Below are positions 28,226-39,444 of a DNA stretch of 64,000 nt, in pieces. The notes beneath the pieces were generated by a model. The model made no database searches. It had not been told where the DNA came from and was given only the letters and a program-made list of their open reading frames with translations. A program made the position numbers and the translations under genes. The DNA comes from Vermamoeba vermiformis. Taxonomy: Eukaryota. The first letter of the stretch is position 1. Each line of letters opens with the position of its first letter. Location of the stretch: positions 124,001 through 188,000 of the forward strand of contig JBEWZL010000073.1 in NCBI GenBank assembly GCA_045837725.1. Direction: 5' to 3'.

Positions 28226-28831
28226 AGTGAAAAATTGAAGATGTTTTATGTGGTGTTATTTTTAGCTTAGAGGGTTAATTGTGCAACTACAAACTTACAA
28301 GTTGAGATTTGGTTTATATTTGTTGTATGAGTTAAAATCTTAATTTCTTTGGCTTAAGCAATTTTTTCTTTTGTGGACAACCGGTGACTATCACATATTA
28401 AAAGTGAATAAATATTTTAAACAAACAGCATCATGTAGTCAGTCCCTAATTTCCCATACATTTTTTTGTTCCAAGGCTCCACCCAGTTCATTTTACTTGA
28501 AATATTTTGTCGCAAAATGATCTTGTGTGCACGAAGTAGTTTAGAACAATGTATCTGTAAGTACTGGTGATCTGTGACCTTTAAAATACTCATGTGAAAA
28601 TTACGTCGGGAGGATGTAAATGGAAAAAATTTGCTTTTCCCAGTAGTTCCTCTGGTTTGAGTATTGCATCATTACATTCTGGTACAATAATGTTTACTTG
28701 ATTATTGAACATTTACTACTAGGGCTGGTAGGTTTCCTCATAGGAAGAAGTCTGAGACTTTATTACCAAGCCTGGTTTTAGATCCCCTGTACATGAACGG
28801 CTAATAAAAACTCGGAGAGGACAAATAAATT

Positions 28832-29509
28832 TTATTGTAGAGGGAAATTTTTTGATTTGTAGTAATCAAGTTTCATCTTTACATATGCAGCATCTTGAAT
28901 ATCACTTTCAAAAGAAAAATTTTGGTGAGCAATAGATTTTTCAGTATTATACAGGGTTATCATATCATATCTTGTAAACAGATAAAGATCTAGAGGTAGG
29001 GACATTTCTGTTGCAGAAACATATGAAAGCATCTTTTCGGCAGCATCCAATGATATTAAGTATGCATGGGCTGAACAAACTTGATTAAGTTTGCCAAACC
29101 CTGTGTCCACGTCTGATAGAGAAGCTGTTGAGGGATCCCAGTAACCAAAGAACAGCATAAATGGCGTTGAGGGTAGGTTAACGACAATTTTGATGAGATT
29201 TTTTGCTGCATTATTTACAAAACAAACATCGTCTTCAAAAATGTATGCTCTAGGAATTCTGTTTTCTACAATGGCAGTCCATGCTTTAACGTGACTCAAA
29301 AAGCATCCTATTTCGGCTGGTTTCAGCCTGTTTTGTTCAAATTTTACTCCATACTGTTGCTGTGCCTTGATCACCTGTTGTTCATCTGTACCTTTGATAG
29401 CACTTAATACCTGAACGTTCGTAAAACCAGTATCAGTACAATTTTTTACTGCACTCATTCGTCGATCCTCTCGATGTGGAAGATTAATAATAAAAGCTGG
29501 AATATCCAT
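28832..29509 (-). CDS. Glycosyltransferase family 25, intronless
   Basis: FIINLPHREDRR, AIKG, EIGCFLSHVKAW, IFEDD, AHAYLIS...AEKM, PLD. Confidence 0.9.
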   Translation of the reverse strand: MDIPAFIINLPHREDRRMSAVKNCTDTGFTNVQVLSAIKGTDEQQVIKAQQQYGVKFEQNRLKPAEIGCFLSHVKAWTAIVENRIPRAYIFEDDVCFVNNAAKNLIKIVVNLPSTPFMLFFGYWDPSTASLSDVDTGFGKLNQVCSAHAYLISLDAAEKMLSYVSATEMSLPLDLYLFTRYDMITLYNTEKSIAHQNFSFESDIQDAAYVKMKLDYYKSKNFPLQ

Positions 29510-29757
29510 ACGCTGGCAAGATAGTCTTTTCTGGGAATATTGCTAGCCCTTTGATTTGTAATGTGTGTGTGTTTCCTTAATCAAAAACTAGGAACAGTCC
29601 TATTTTGCATAAAACGTGCATGGAAAAAGTTTTAGTAAATAAAATAAACTTAAAGTGAGAAAAAAAATCTTCAGTGGAGTGCTAATAAAGACTAGAACCT
29701 GCAGCAAGATGATTATCATCTTAACTTGGCCAATCAATTAATTAAAAATGCATGAGA

Positions 29758-31233
29758 TCACTTTGCTTTTCTTTTTATTAGTTTAATTAGCAAGATTGGG
29801 AGAGCGGCCATAATGATTTCTAAATATTTTTCCACCACACTAATTTTTTCTTCATAAGATATCAAATGAGAGTATCCTTGTTGAATAAACAGTGGTAATA
29901 ATTTCCTGATTGTTTCAGTTGAATTATAAGTTGTCAAGAGAATTTGTTGAGTCTTCACAGCTGCTATCTTATATGCATTCTGACCAATTTGCTTAATGTT
30001 GTTGACCACATCTGCTGTATCAAAATCTTTTCTTAAGATTATTCCAACTCCTAAATCAAGTACTCGTATAGCAACGTCAGGCTGATCTCCATACAATGGA
30101 TAAACCACTGAAGGTTTGCCATATTGTAAGGACTCCATGATACCGTTCAATCCGCCATGATTTATGAACTTTGTCACTTTCTTATCAGCAAGCACTGACC
30201 TTTGATGGATCCAGGGAGTATACTTAGTACATGAGCTGTTGCTCTCAGTTATCTCAATATTTGGCATACTCCAAATAAATTTTGTTCCATTATTTTCATT
30301 GCAGATTATTGACATTCCTTTGTAAATGGCATTTAACTGCTCTACCTTTAGAGAAGCACTAGTAGTTCCAAAGCTAATGTAAATGATTTCTTGCGCACTG
30401 TTGTACCACTCCTTGTCCCCAAGCATGTCTGCCAAGTCATATGTTTTTAAATTTAGAAGAGGACCTGTAAAAATGAATGAGGGACTTGTTGTCCTTGGGT
30501 AATCAAAAGGATAGCCAAAATTGCAAAAGATGGGATCTCTACCATAAAGTTCATCGATAAACGAGTTTGAGATCCAATTTGAAAATCCACGAACTGGCAT
30601 CATTCCTAAGTGAAGGATATAATGTCCTACACGGAGAGCAACCAAATTAAAAACATTGATAACTCTATCAACAAAACTCATGTAAGCTCCTTTTCCAAAC
30701 GTGCTAGCAGGAAAGCTTAAAGGATCAGATATTAAATTGGTAATGTAAGATGGAGCATTTTTAATCAACGGAAGACCAGCGTCATGAGCTGCCATCATTG
30801 CTCCCACAGTTAAGAAATCAACTACAACAAAACTGACATTCTAAAAATTATTAATACGTGACAGAAATAAGAATATTATTACATTAACTGCAAAGTATGC
30901 TGATAGGTACTGGTAGTAGTCAATTGATGTTGGTAAAAAATGGAAGCCAGATGCTTTCCATACATCAATATAATGAGGTCTGCCTTTTCCACCAGGAATA
31001 CCTTCTTCTCTTCTGTCACCATGGCATTCGAACTTAAAACCCCTTGTCTCAACTATTGTCCTTGCATCACATGTTGAAATGAATGTTATATTAAACTGTG
31101 GTTGAGCTATAATATCGGCAATATGTAGCAAAGGAAGGAGATGACCCTTATCAGACGTTGAAGAAAATACAATATTCTTCTGGGAACAGTAACATGCAGA
31201 TAAAAATAAAACAATTACTATTGAGTATTTCAT
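29758..31233 (-). CDS. UDP-glycosyltransferase (GT1/UGT) with signal peptide and C-terminal TM; one intron at 30841-30882
   Basis: GHLLPL catalytic His; signature WIHQRSVL...FINHGGLNGIMES..GKP...PLYGDQ; ends in a TM plus KRKAK. Confidence 0.92.
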
Positions 31234-31691
31234 TATTGATGACTGTTCACTCAAACTTCGAGCGCAATCATTAGTTTGGGAGTTTAAATAATTGAAAATT
31301 ACAAATATTATTTTAATTTTCTGTATGGTTAATTGATTATCCATTCTGGGTGGAGCAACCGCCAAAATAAATGCACTTCTGGGGTGGAGCACTCAGAAAT
31401 TGAGTGCTTGTAAGAGAAGATGGCAACATAATAGTGGAAATACAAGTAAAGAGTTAATTTGCCAAAACTTGACCTGACAGTGGTGAAATGGAAATTTTAA
31501 TTTTGCTAAATTTGTTAGTGGCTGCAATATAACAATCATTGTTTTAAATTTTGCAGAATCTCGTTTATTTGTTCAACAAGACCAAGTTTGAGTGTTCTTG
31601 CATGAGTTTAGAAGTATTGCAATAAACATTTATTCCTTGCTGTTAAAGCTACTTTTCCTCTGTATCTAATAGATAGTTATATTCTTTCACG

Positions 31692-32105
31692 TTATTCAAC
31701 ATTTGTTGATGACATCGAAGCTGAATTTGTCGAAGCAACTGAACTTTCATTTAGAGATTGCTGGCTTCGTCTATTAATAACCCATGCAGCTATTATCAAT
31801 CCTACAACGGCAAAGTTGATGAAAAATAATACTATAATGGATGCTATTTGGTTTCCATTTAAAGCCAAGGTCCTGTCTGGCAAGTTTCCTTTACAAGTTC
31901 CCAGAGCAATGTTACAATAAATAAAGTGATTTGATAACGCTGAACAATCCTCATCCCTTGTACATGGGCTACAGATATTTTGAGTGCATTTTGGAGTAAA
32001 TAGCGAGCAATCATTGGAACTCGAGCAAGCAGTGCCAATAGCTGTAATGTTAAGTGCTAAAGCAGCGTTTGCCAATAAAACAAATAGAAAAAAGGATTTA
32101 ATCAT
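31692..32105 (-). CDS. Small Cys-rich single-pass membrane protein
   Basis: Signal peptide, CSSSNDC..C..C.PCTRDEDC..C...C ectodomain, TM helix, Ser-rich tail. Confidence 0.7.
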   Translation of the reverse strand: MIKSFFLFVLLANAALALNITAIGTACSSSNDCSLFTPKCTQNICSPCTRDEDCSALSNHFIYCNIALGTCKGNLPDRTLALNGNQIASIIVLFFINFAVVGLIIAAWVINRRSQQSLNESSVASTNSASMSSTNVE

Positions 32106-32242
32106 TGTGTTGTTTAACCAAAACTATTTCGTTGAACACTGACAATAAAATCCACAAAAAACTCAAGCTGGAGATTTCAAAGTAAAAATAGGGCTTCTTA
32201 GATTAAAAAAATTTATTTAGTAAATTTTAATTGTAAACTGAA

Positions 32243-33769
32243 ATGTCCAAAATACTCTTTTTCACAGTTTTGTATTTGTGTCTATCCCAATCATCTTGCT
32301 CTTTGATCTTTCCAAATCCAATTAATGGTTCATTAGAATTTTCAGTAATTCCCGTAGTTTGGAACGAAGCTCAAGCAAAAGTTTTGTCTCTAACTGGAGA
32401 TCTAATTGATGGATCAAATACAAGTTTGCCTTTGACAGGAAAGATAGTATTAGCCCGAAGAATCTCAGCAGTGGTCGATACTGATGCATATTACTGGATG
32501 GCAGACCTTCCCTTGGCAATAATTTTGGTTACTCAGGGAGCAGCAGACAAAGGATCAGATGAGTATCTTCTTGATTGTTGGAGTTGTGCATCAGATTTCG
32601 TGGTTCCGGTGGTTTCCATTTCTTCCTCTGATGCTGATATTTTATGCCAAGCTATCAATGGAGGAGAAATTACAGGAGTTATAGTTAACTTTGGTAAGCT
32701 CTTTTTTTTATCAAAATGCTAGGTTAACCAACTTCCAGACGAGGAGAATGTGTTTCGTACTATTAAGATGTCTGGATTATGGACTGCTGGACAAGTAAAA
32801 TGTGATAGTTGATATTTGAATTTACATTGTATTACAGGTGATCGTTGCTGCCTTGTCTGCTGCAGTTATAGCAATTTCATTATGGAAATTGATTTCCTTC
32901 TGGAAAACAGCTGGCTTGGTTTTTTCTGTTGGTCAAGTATCTTTGTTAATCATTCTCTTAGCCAGTACCAGTATGTGCAGAAATCATTCTAACATTATGA
33001 ATTAACGTAATTCTAGTTTCACTGATCAACTGGGCTTTTGACCCCTACTTTTCACGCCGACTTTATCCATATTCTTTTTGGGCTTCATTCATTACTTCTT
33101 CAAACCCAATGATCGACATTGTAACGATGCTCATGGCATTATATTGGTGAGAAAAAAATGTTTACATTTTAACGTCGGAAAGTAAGTTAACTTTTACACG
33201 TTCAGGTTCGAGTTAATTTCTCTTCAAGCTTTGAGGGTGTCCGTCTTTATTGCAAAGCTTGCCATTCCGTTTTTTATTTATTCTTTGGTTTTAATTTTGC
33301 TTGAATACATTATTGCAATAGTCAGAAGTGCAAGTGGAGCAACATTCCCGATTATATTGGCACAAACTGTCATTTCCATAATTATTTGGATTGCAATCCT
33401 GGTATTTTATGTAATTACAAGCGTCAATGTTCTTAAAAAAATAGCGTCTATCAAAGGAGGGGATGCAGAAAGGTTGAAGAAGGTAAAAAATCATAACAAA
33501 ATGCAATTCTAATACTTTTTAAGACAACAATAACCTTTGTCTTTGCAACTTTTGGCCTACTTATCAGAATATGTTCAATTATCCCTGCAATTCTAGATTT
33601 TAGTTTGCCACCGCAGAATTTCCTCCCGTCTAGTTGGCTGGCTGCCTTTTCCAGTATGTGGATAGGACTTTCCTTAGCATTGTCCTTCCAGCCTCAACAC
33701 AAAAAGTACAAAGATTACACTAGATCAACTTATTCTGCATCAAGAACCAGCCAAGTTTCTTCCAAATAA
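32243..33769 (+). CDS. Signal peptide + PA-like domain + multipass (about 7 TM) receptor-like protein, about 5 introns
   Basis: GKIVLARR...VPVVSISSSDA PA-domain pattern, then hydrophobic helices across GT-AG exons and a Ser-rich tail. Confidence 0.6.
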
Positions 33770-34004
33770 AATCTTAATGTGTGTAACCAAGATATTAATT
33801 TATAGTTTATACCCTTTTCAAATTAACTTGCTTGTAAAACAAGTGCAACCAGTATACAAACCTAAACTGGATTTAGCTTTAAGTGATAACAATTAATTGA
33901 TGTTAGCTTGACCAGTTCAATTGGCAACAAAGGTTCAGCCTTTATCACATCTTGGTTTAAGTATGCTCTCACTTTATTACAATACAAAATCCCTTCTGAA
34001 TAGA

Positions 34005-35447
34005 CTAGAAATTGCTGGCATAAATAAACCATCTTTTAGAGCTGCCAAAAACATTGATTCCCAGTACAGAAGTGTCAACCAATAGCCCAGTATGGAGTAA
34101 TTGCAAAATATTCTGTTTTTGAAAATGTTCAAATAAAAAATCATTGTGCAATGTAAATATTGTCCTATTTGCCACTTCCCCTACACCTATTACATTAAGG
34201 TGAGGATGTATTTTTGTCAGCTCTTTTATTGACTTGAAGCAAGTCAGAAGGTAGGGATGTGACTTAACTAACTTTTCATCGTAAACCAATGCCAAATCTG
34301 GAATATCTAATAGAAATTCGGTATACAAAAGGCAATCTCCTGTGACTAAAGAAGCTTGTGAATAATTTTGCAAAGCCAACTTCAACTCGTTTGAATCTGA
34401 GGTTGTTCCGACATAGCTTAGAACGCATATGCCGGCAAAGAGTGCCATAATGATAGTAATTACTATCCTTTTAAAGTTGTTGTGCATGAATACTCCCAGC
34501 AGAAAAGTAATTGGAAAAACCGACATTAGTACATATCTGGGATTGTAAGGAAGACCAACAATTTTACATAGCACCCATAAAAAGACACTTTGAGCAGCCA
34601 TCAATATAAATAAAGCAAGTTTTGCACGCAGAATTTTAAACCTCTGCCCGCTACCACTGAAAAACATAGAGCAGTATGCAAATACAAGGCAAAACAAAGC
34701 AGAGGTACCAAATCTAAAGGGAATGGTCTGAATGTATGATAGTATTAAATTTTCTCCTGTTGCTTGTGTCCAGAAATGTTCAATATATCTACGACAGTTT
34801 AACGCTTGGTAAAGTAAGGGTGAAACAGCAATGGCATACACAAAGCCATTAAAAAAAATTTCTTTGTAAGGTAAAGGTTTAAAACACCAAACCACTGCAA
34901 ACAAACAGACAAAGTGTTGAATAAACATTAAGTGAGTGTAAGTACCCACAATATAGATTAAAACCAGTCTAAGTCGTATCCTTTTTGCATCAATGGTGAA
35001 CAAGAGCTCTTCTAAAAGAGCAGCCGACAAGAATAATTGAAGGGTATAGCCCCTTGCAAATAGTGAAAAAAAGAAATGATCAGTGCATAAAAAGAGAAAA
35101 ACTTGTATCCAAAAAAGGGTGCTTTCTTTCTCTTCTCGAAAGGAGAGATTTCTTAGTATCCAGAGAAAAGCTGTAAAACACAGAAAACTTGGCAATCTTA
35201 TTGCCCATAAATAATCTACATTAGGTAATAAATCTAAAAAGAATCGAAGCAAAAGGTAGTGGAAAGGTGGATTTGGATCTCCTCCTTCAATTAAAAAATT
35301 CCAGATAGCTGAATAGGTTGAGTTATTCACCGCCAAGTAGCTGAATACTTCATCTGCCCATAGAGGAATCTGACTGCATAAAATATACCATATCAAAGCA
35401 TACAAAGACACAGCAAGAAAAAAATGTTTCAGTTTCCAAGCTGTCAT
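34005..35447 (-). CDS. GT-C fold polytopic glycosyltransferase (ArnT/PMT-like), intronless
   Basis: LWADEVFS, DPNPPFHYLLL, IRLPS, ARGYTL, YTH, PRY motifs in about 10 TM helices. Confidence 0.82.
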   Translation of the reverse strand: MTAWKLKHFFLAVSLYALIWYILCSQIPLWADEVFSYLAVNNSTYSAIWNFLIEGGDPNPPFHYLLLRFFLDLLPNVDYLWAIRLPSFLCFTAFLWILRNLSFREEKESTLFWIQVFLFLCTDHFFFSLFARGYTLQLFLSAALLEELLFTIDAKRIRLRLVLIYIVGTYTHLMFIQHFVCLFAVVWCFKPLPYKEIFFNGFVYAIAVSPLLYQALNCRRYIEHFWTQATGENLILSYIQTIPFRFGTSALFCLVFAYCSMFFSGSGQRFKILRAKLALFILMAAQSVFLWVLCKIVGLPYNPRYVLMSVFPITFLLGVFMHNNFKRIVITIIMALFAGICVLSYVGTTSDSNELKLALQNYSQASLVTGDCLLYTEFLLDIPDLALVYDEKLVKSHPYLLTCFKSIKELTKIHPHLNVIGVGEVANRTIFTLHNDFLFEHFQKQNILQLLHTGLLVDTSVLGINVFGSSKRWFIYASNF

Positions 35448-35968
35448 TATATTTTTTGCTTTGTTAAACCGCAACACTATCCGACCTCAAAAACAGTATT
35501 AAAAATAAATTAAAACTTGCCATCACCTAAATAAATCAGCAACAAGTGTGAATTAAATGTAATAGGTGGGGAGTCAGTTAGAGGATAGATTGGTTTGCAA
35601 AGTTCATTGACAGGTATATTATTGTTCACATAGGTAGACCCTGTTTTTGGGAAACTCTACGAATTATAAAATACTCTAATTGGGAACTTCACTTTTTTGA
35701 TATGATAGTGTTGCCCAATAATAAGTGCCACTATTGATCTCGATTGTCAAACAATTACTGATTTAATAAGAAAACCCCCTATTATTCCTGGTTTATTAAC
35801 TACATTATATGTTTTTGATAAAAGTACTCAAGTTCAAAATTTAATGAAACCTCACAGTCATCTGATGTGGTACCATTTGTAGTGATTGAATTTGGCAACT
35901 TCAAAGAGTTATGCCAGCAAATTAAGAGAGATGAAATGGTCAAACTCTGCAACTGAAAAATTGAGATA

Positions 35969-36949
35969 CTATAGATCATTTTTGTCAAAAGAACTCTTGT
36001 GGATCAAAGAAATAGCATCCTTTAAGACTGTGAGAGAATCTGAAAATGTAAATTGAGCAAGTTTCCACAATGTTGTTGCCATGAAATGACTTCTCCATTT
36101 ATCAAAAACCTCATTTGATATGATGCGCTGACGAACTTCATTCCATTTAGCCCCCCATTTTGTTGGAGTGCCAAAAGTCCAGGGGTTTACACCTCCTGCA
36201 AAATGGACTATGGCAGGGTTTGTGTACGCATCCTTTAAAGAGGAAATATAAGCAGGATCAAATTCTTCTTTTGCTTTGCAATAAAAGAGGGTCTCTCTGG
36301 CATGATTAATCACATTCCAATGGGGCTTTATCTCTTTCCATTTGCTGTGATAGAGAACATTCATTGCATCTTGATCTCCAAAAGTAAAGCGCATTTTTCT
36401 TCGGTCTTTTAACAAATCCAAGACTTGATTAGTAAAATTTGATAATCTCATTAAATCAAGATTTAAAAGCATAACTCCACTATTAAAATAGGGGCCTTTT
36501 TCTATTCCCCAGTTCAAGAATAATTGATGATCATATGCAAAGTCTGGACAGTCAGAATCACGGGCTGCTCCAAACATAAAAGTCTCAATTTCGACATCCC
36601 ACAACTCGGATATGTTTCTTAGAACCAAGGTATCAGCATCCAAGTATATCATTTTTTTAAATTGCAAGAATAATTGAGGGGCAAGCAACCGAAGATAACC
36701 TATTTTCGACCAATTTTCTGGAAGTTTGGATTCACTTTCTACTGGAGCTTCAATTATATTGAGTTCTGCAATAATCTTTTGATCTAAATATTTAGCAAGC
36801 TCGTTTTTTACATTTAATTCTTCTGTGGGAAGGGTGAGAACAAATACTTTTGCAAGAGGTGAACTTGCTAATAAAGAAGACAAAGAAACTGAAAAAGGAA
36901 CCACAAATGAAGTGTTTATGCAATAAAGAACCGGTATAAATGGTTCCAT
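35969..36949 (-). CDS. Glycosyltransferase family 8 (bacterial GspA/LPS-type), intronless
   Basis: YLRL, IYLDADTLV..ISELW, YFNSGVMLLNL, GDQDAMN, IVHFAG..PW. Confidence 0.92.
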   Translation of the reverse strand: MEPFIPVLYCINTSFVVPFSVSLSSLLASSPLAKVFVLTLPTEELNVKNELAKYLDQKIIAELNIIEAPVESESKLPENWSKIGYLRLLAPQLFLQFKKMIYLDADTLVLRNISELWDVEIETFMFGAARDSDCPDFAYDHQLFLNWGIEKGPYFNSGVMLLNLDLMRLSNFTNQVLDLLKDRRKMRFTFGDQDAMNVLYHSKWKEIKPHWNVINHARETLFYCKAKEEFDPAYISSLKDAYTNPAIVHFAGGVNPWTFGTPTKWGAKWNEVRQRIISNEVFDKWRSHFMATTLWKLAQFTFSDSLTVLKDAISLIHKSSFDKNDL

Positions 36950-37093
36950 GTGTACGGTCTGTAATAAAATAATAGAACAATCTATAAAAAAATATTATGT
37001 AAATATGACAATTTGGTAAATGTCACAATTTCATTTTAACTTTACTATCATTCAGTACTACTTGATTATCAATCTCTTACTGCAATACATAAC

Positions 37094-37861
37094 ATGAGTC
37101 AACCTAAGTTAGGAATTTTAGTGCCGTATCGCGACAGGCCAGAACACCTTGCACAATTTCTACCAATGATGCAAAGTTTCTGCCAAGAAAAAAGATACGA
37201 CTATCAAATTTTCATTTTGCAGCAAGTGGAGGGAAAGCCTTTCAATAGAGGGAAACTTATAAATATCGGAATTTTAGAGGCAGAAAAAAATAATTGTAGT
37301 TATGTGATTGCTCACGATGTTGATGCTATTCCTTTGGATACGTCCTTAAATTATGGCCCTACCCCCACTGCCAGATTAATATACAGCCCTCACATGGACT
37401 CTTTAGGTGGTCTGGTAACAGCATTTAATATCGAAACACTTAAAAAAGTGAATGGATTTTCCAACAATTACTGGGGATGGGGATTTGAAGATGCAGATAT
37501 GAATTTAAGATTTAAAAATTGCAATATAGAGGTGGATAAGTCGGAGGTCCGAATTCGGTCGAGTGTTGAACAAAATCTAAGTGATAGGGAAAAAACCATT
37601 GAAATGGACGGATATCTGCAGCTTGGACATGTTCATTCTTTTTTAAAAGAGGAGAATTACTTGTCAGCAGCTGATTTAAATCTTTCTTTGGCAGCCCTGC
37701 AAGATGAGTTCAATAAACGTAGCAAGACTAAAAAGATTTTTGAAGAATTTGTTAAAAGACCAGAAATCCAATGGGAATCTGGGTTGTCAGACATCCAACT
37801 CAATGTAATGGAAAGACATCATCTAAATGCAAACGTGCTTGTTTTGACTTTAGAAATATAA
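37094..37861 (+). CDS. Glycosyltransferase family 7 (beta-1,4-galactosyltransferase-like) with no N-terminal TM, intronless
   Basis: VPYRDRPEHL, FNRGKLINIG, HDVD, VNGFSNNYWGWGFEDAD. Confidence 0.92.
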   Translation: MSQPKLGILVPYRDRPEHLAQFLPMMQSFCQEKRYDYQIFILQQVEGKPFNRGKLINIGILEAEKNNCSYVIAHDVDAIPLDTSLNYGPTPTARLIYSPHMDSLGGLVTAFNIETLKKVNGFSNNYWGWGFEDADMNLRFKNCNIEVDKSEVRIRSSVEQNLSDREKTIEMDGYLQLGHVHSFLKEENYLSAADLNLSLAALQDEFNKRSKTKKIFEEFVKRPEIQWESGLSDIQLNVMERHHLNANVLVLTLEI

Positions 37862-37870
37862 ATTTTTGTT

Positions 37871-39103
37871 TTATTTCTGTAGAAGTTGAGCCAATAGTGT
37901 ATTGAGTTGCTCCTTCATAGCAGCTACTAAATCGTGATCAGTTTTTACCTCACCAGAGGTTTCATAAGCCAAGCTTCTCGCCAGTGAAGTTGCATCATGC
38001 TTTGGGATAGTGCGCAAAAGTAAATTTTTGATAACATTTGCTAGTTCTGCATTTTTTTCAAAGTCAATCAACTCTCGCCATGTGCAAAATCGAAAAAATT
38101 TTGTGTTTGATGTTTCATCCTTCAGAGCTAGCTCATTTAAACTCTTGATGATATCCACAAGGGTTGTTTTTTTAAAAGTGGTAGCTAGATCAAGTTTGTT
38201 TTGTGTGCATAGTATTACTAAAGTTCTGAGACATTTTTCGCAAGATGAACAATTTAGCAAGTTGTCACTCTCATAGCAGCACCTTAAATATTTCATTGCC
38301 AATGGAGATAAAGCCCGCACTTTATCCACTCGAAAAACATGAGGACCATGAACAACCAATTGGGTATATCTTGTTGAATAATGAGGAATTACAAAGCCTG
38401 CTGACCCATGAAAGAGCTCAATGGATGCAGGCAAAGATGATGGGATAAAAACCTTCCAAAACCTTTTTCGGCATAAAAAAGCGATGGTAGCCATGATAAA
38501 TCCATGATTGATGTGCCATGGAATTACATCATACATCGTTTCTTTAACGTTAGTCTTGACTATATGAATCTGTTTGCCAATTTCCTCAGAAAAACCTTTA
38601 GCTGCTCTAACGGAGTTTTGAATTATATCGTTTTGGTCAAGTCGCATGTCAACTCCAATTATAAAGATCAATTCCGAGTTTTTAGTTAGGGAATCTTCTG
38701 CACAGTACATGGAATCAACTCCTCCAGAAAAAAATGAAGCAGTTTTGGTCCCAATAGCATCGGTACTTAAACAATCAGGAGCTTTTATACTAGTAGGTTG
38801 CATTGGTATCCCTTCTTTGAGAATTAGTTGATATAAGACATCACATGAACTTCGTGTTTCAGGAAGAATTTGAAAAGGGTAGTCCACGACCCCTCCAAAA
38901 GCATGGCCTAGACCTATAGTCATGAAGGCAAATGCTTGTTCAGCTATTGATTGGTCTACTTCAAAGACATTTGGAATGTCATACCATGCATGGTATTCTT
39001 TTCCGTTAGCTGTTCCAGTTATGCTAGCTCGTGTAAATTCTCCATTTGGGGTCACTGCTATATTGTGAACAAACACATCCTTTATAATTGGCCCAGTTTC
39101 CAT
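37871..39103 (-). CDS. PP-loop adenine-nucleotide alpha-hydrolase (QueC-like fold) with a Cys cluster, intronless
   Basis: SFFSGGVDS PP-loop; RVDKV..LRCC....NCSSCEKCLRT; likely start METGP at 39103 (ORF stays open to 39319). Confidence 0.7.
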   Translation of the reverse strand: METGPIIKDVFVHNIAVTPNGEFTRASITGTANGKEYHAWYDIPNVFEVDQSIAEQAFAFMTIGLGHAFGGVVDYPFQILPETRSSCDVLYQLILKEGIPMQPTSIKAPDCLSTDAIGTKTASFFSGGVDSMYCAEDSLTKNSELIFIIGVDMRLDQNDIIQNSVRAAKGFSEEIGKQIHIVKTNVKETMYDVIPWHINHGFIMATIAFLCRKRFWKVFIPSSLPASIELFHGSAGFVIPHYSTRYTQLVVHGPHVFRVDKVRALSPLAMKYLRCCYESDNLLNCSSCEKCLRTLVILCTQNKLDLATTFKKTTLVDIIKSLNELALKDETSNTKFFRFCTWRELIDFEKNAELANVIKNLLLRTIPKHDATSLARSLAYETSGEVKTDHDLVAAMKEQLNTLLAQLLQK

Positions 39104-39444
39104 TAGAAGATAGTGAATATTATTCGATTTTTTGTCGAAGTAGAAAATAAACAGTTTTTGGCAAGTTTTTTTCCTTGCTATTGTGTTCACAGTTCTTTTT
39201 ACTTTGTTATTCCTCTCAAAACAAACACACAATAACATATTCATTTCATTTTGAAATCGTGGTGGACTTATCCAGCGAAAGAATTCAGAGTATTGCCAAC
39301 ACAAACTGGGGCGTGTCATTCAAATAAAATTCCGATGGCATCTACAATCACTTGCATTGTAATGCAAAGAATTTCCTTAATACCGTGTTTTTTCTTTTAT
39401 TCAAAACTTGACTTCACATATTATTGCCTCCTTGACCAATACTG

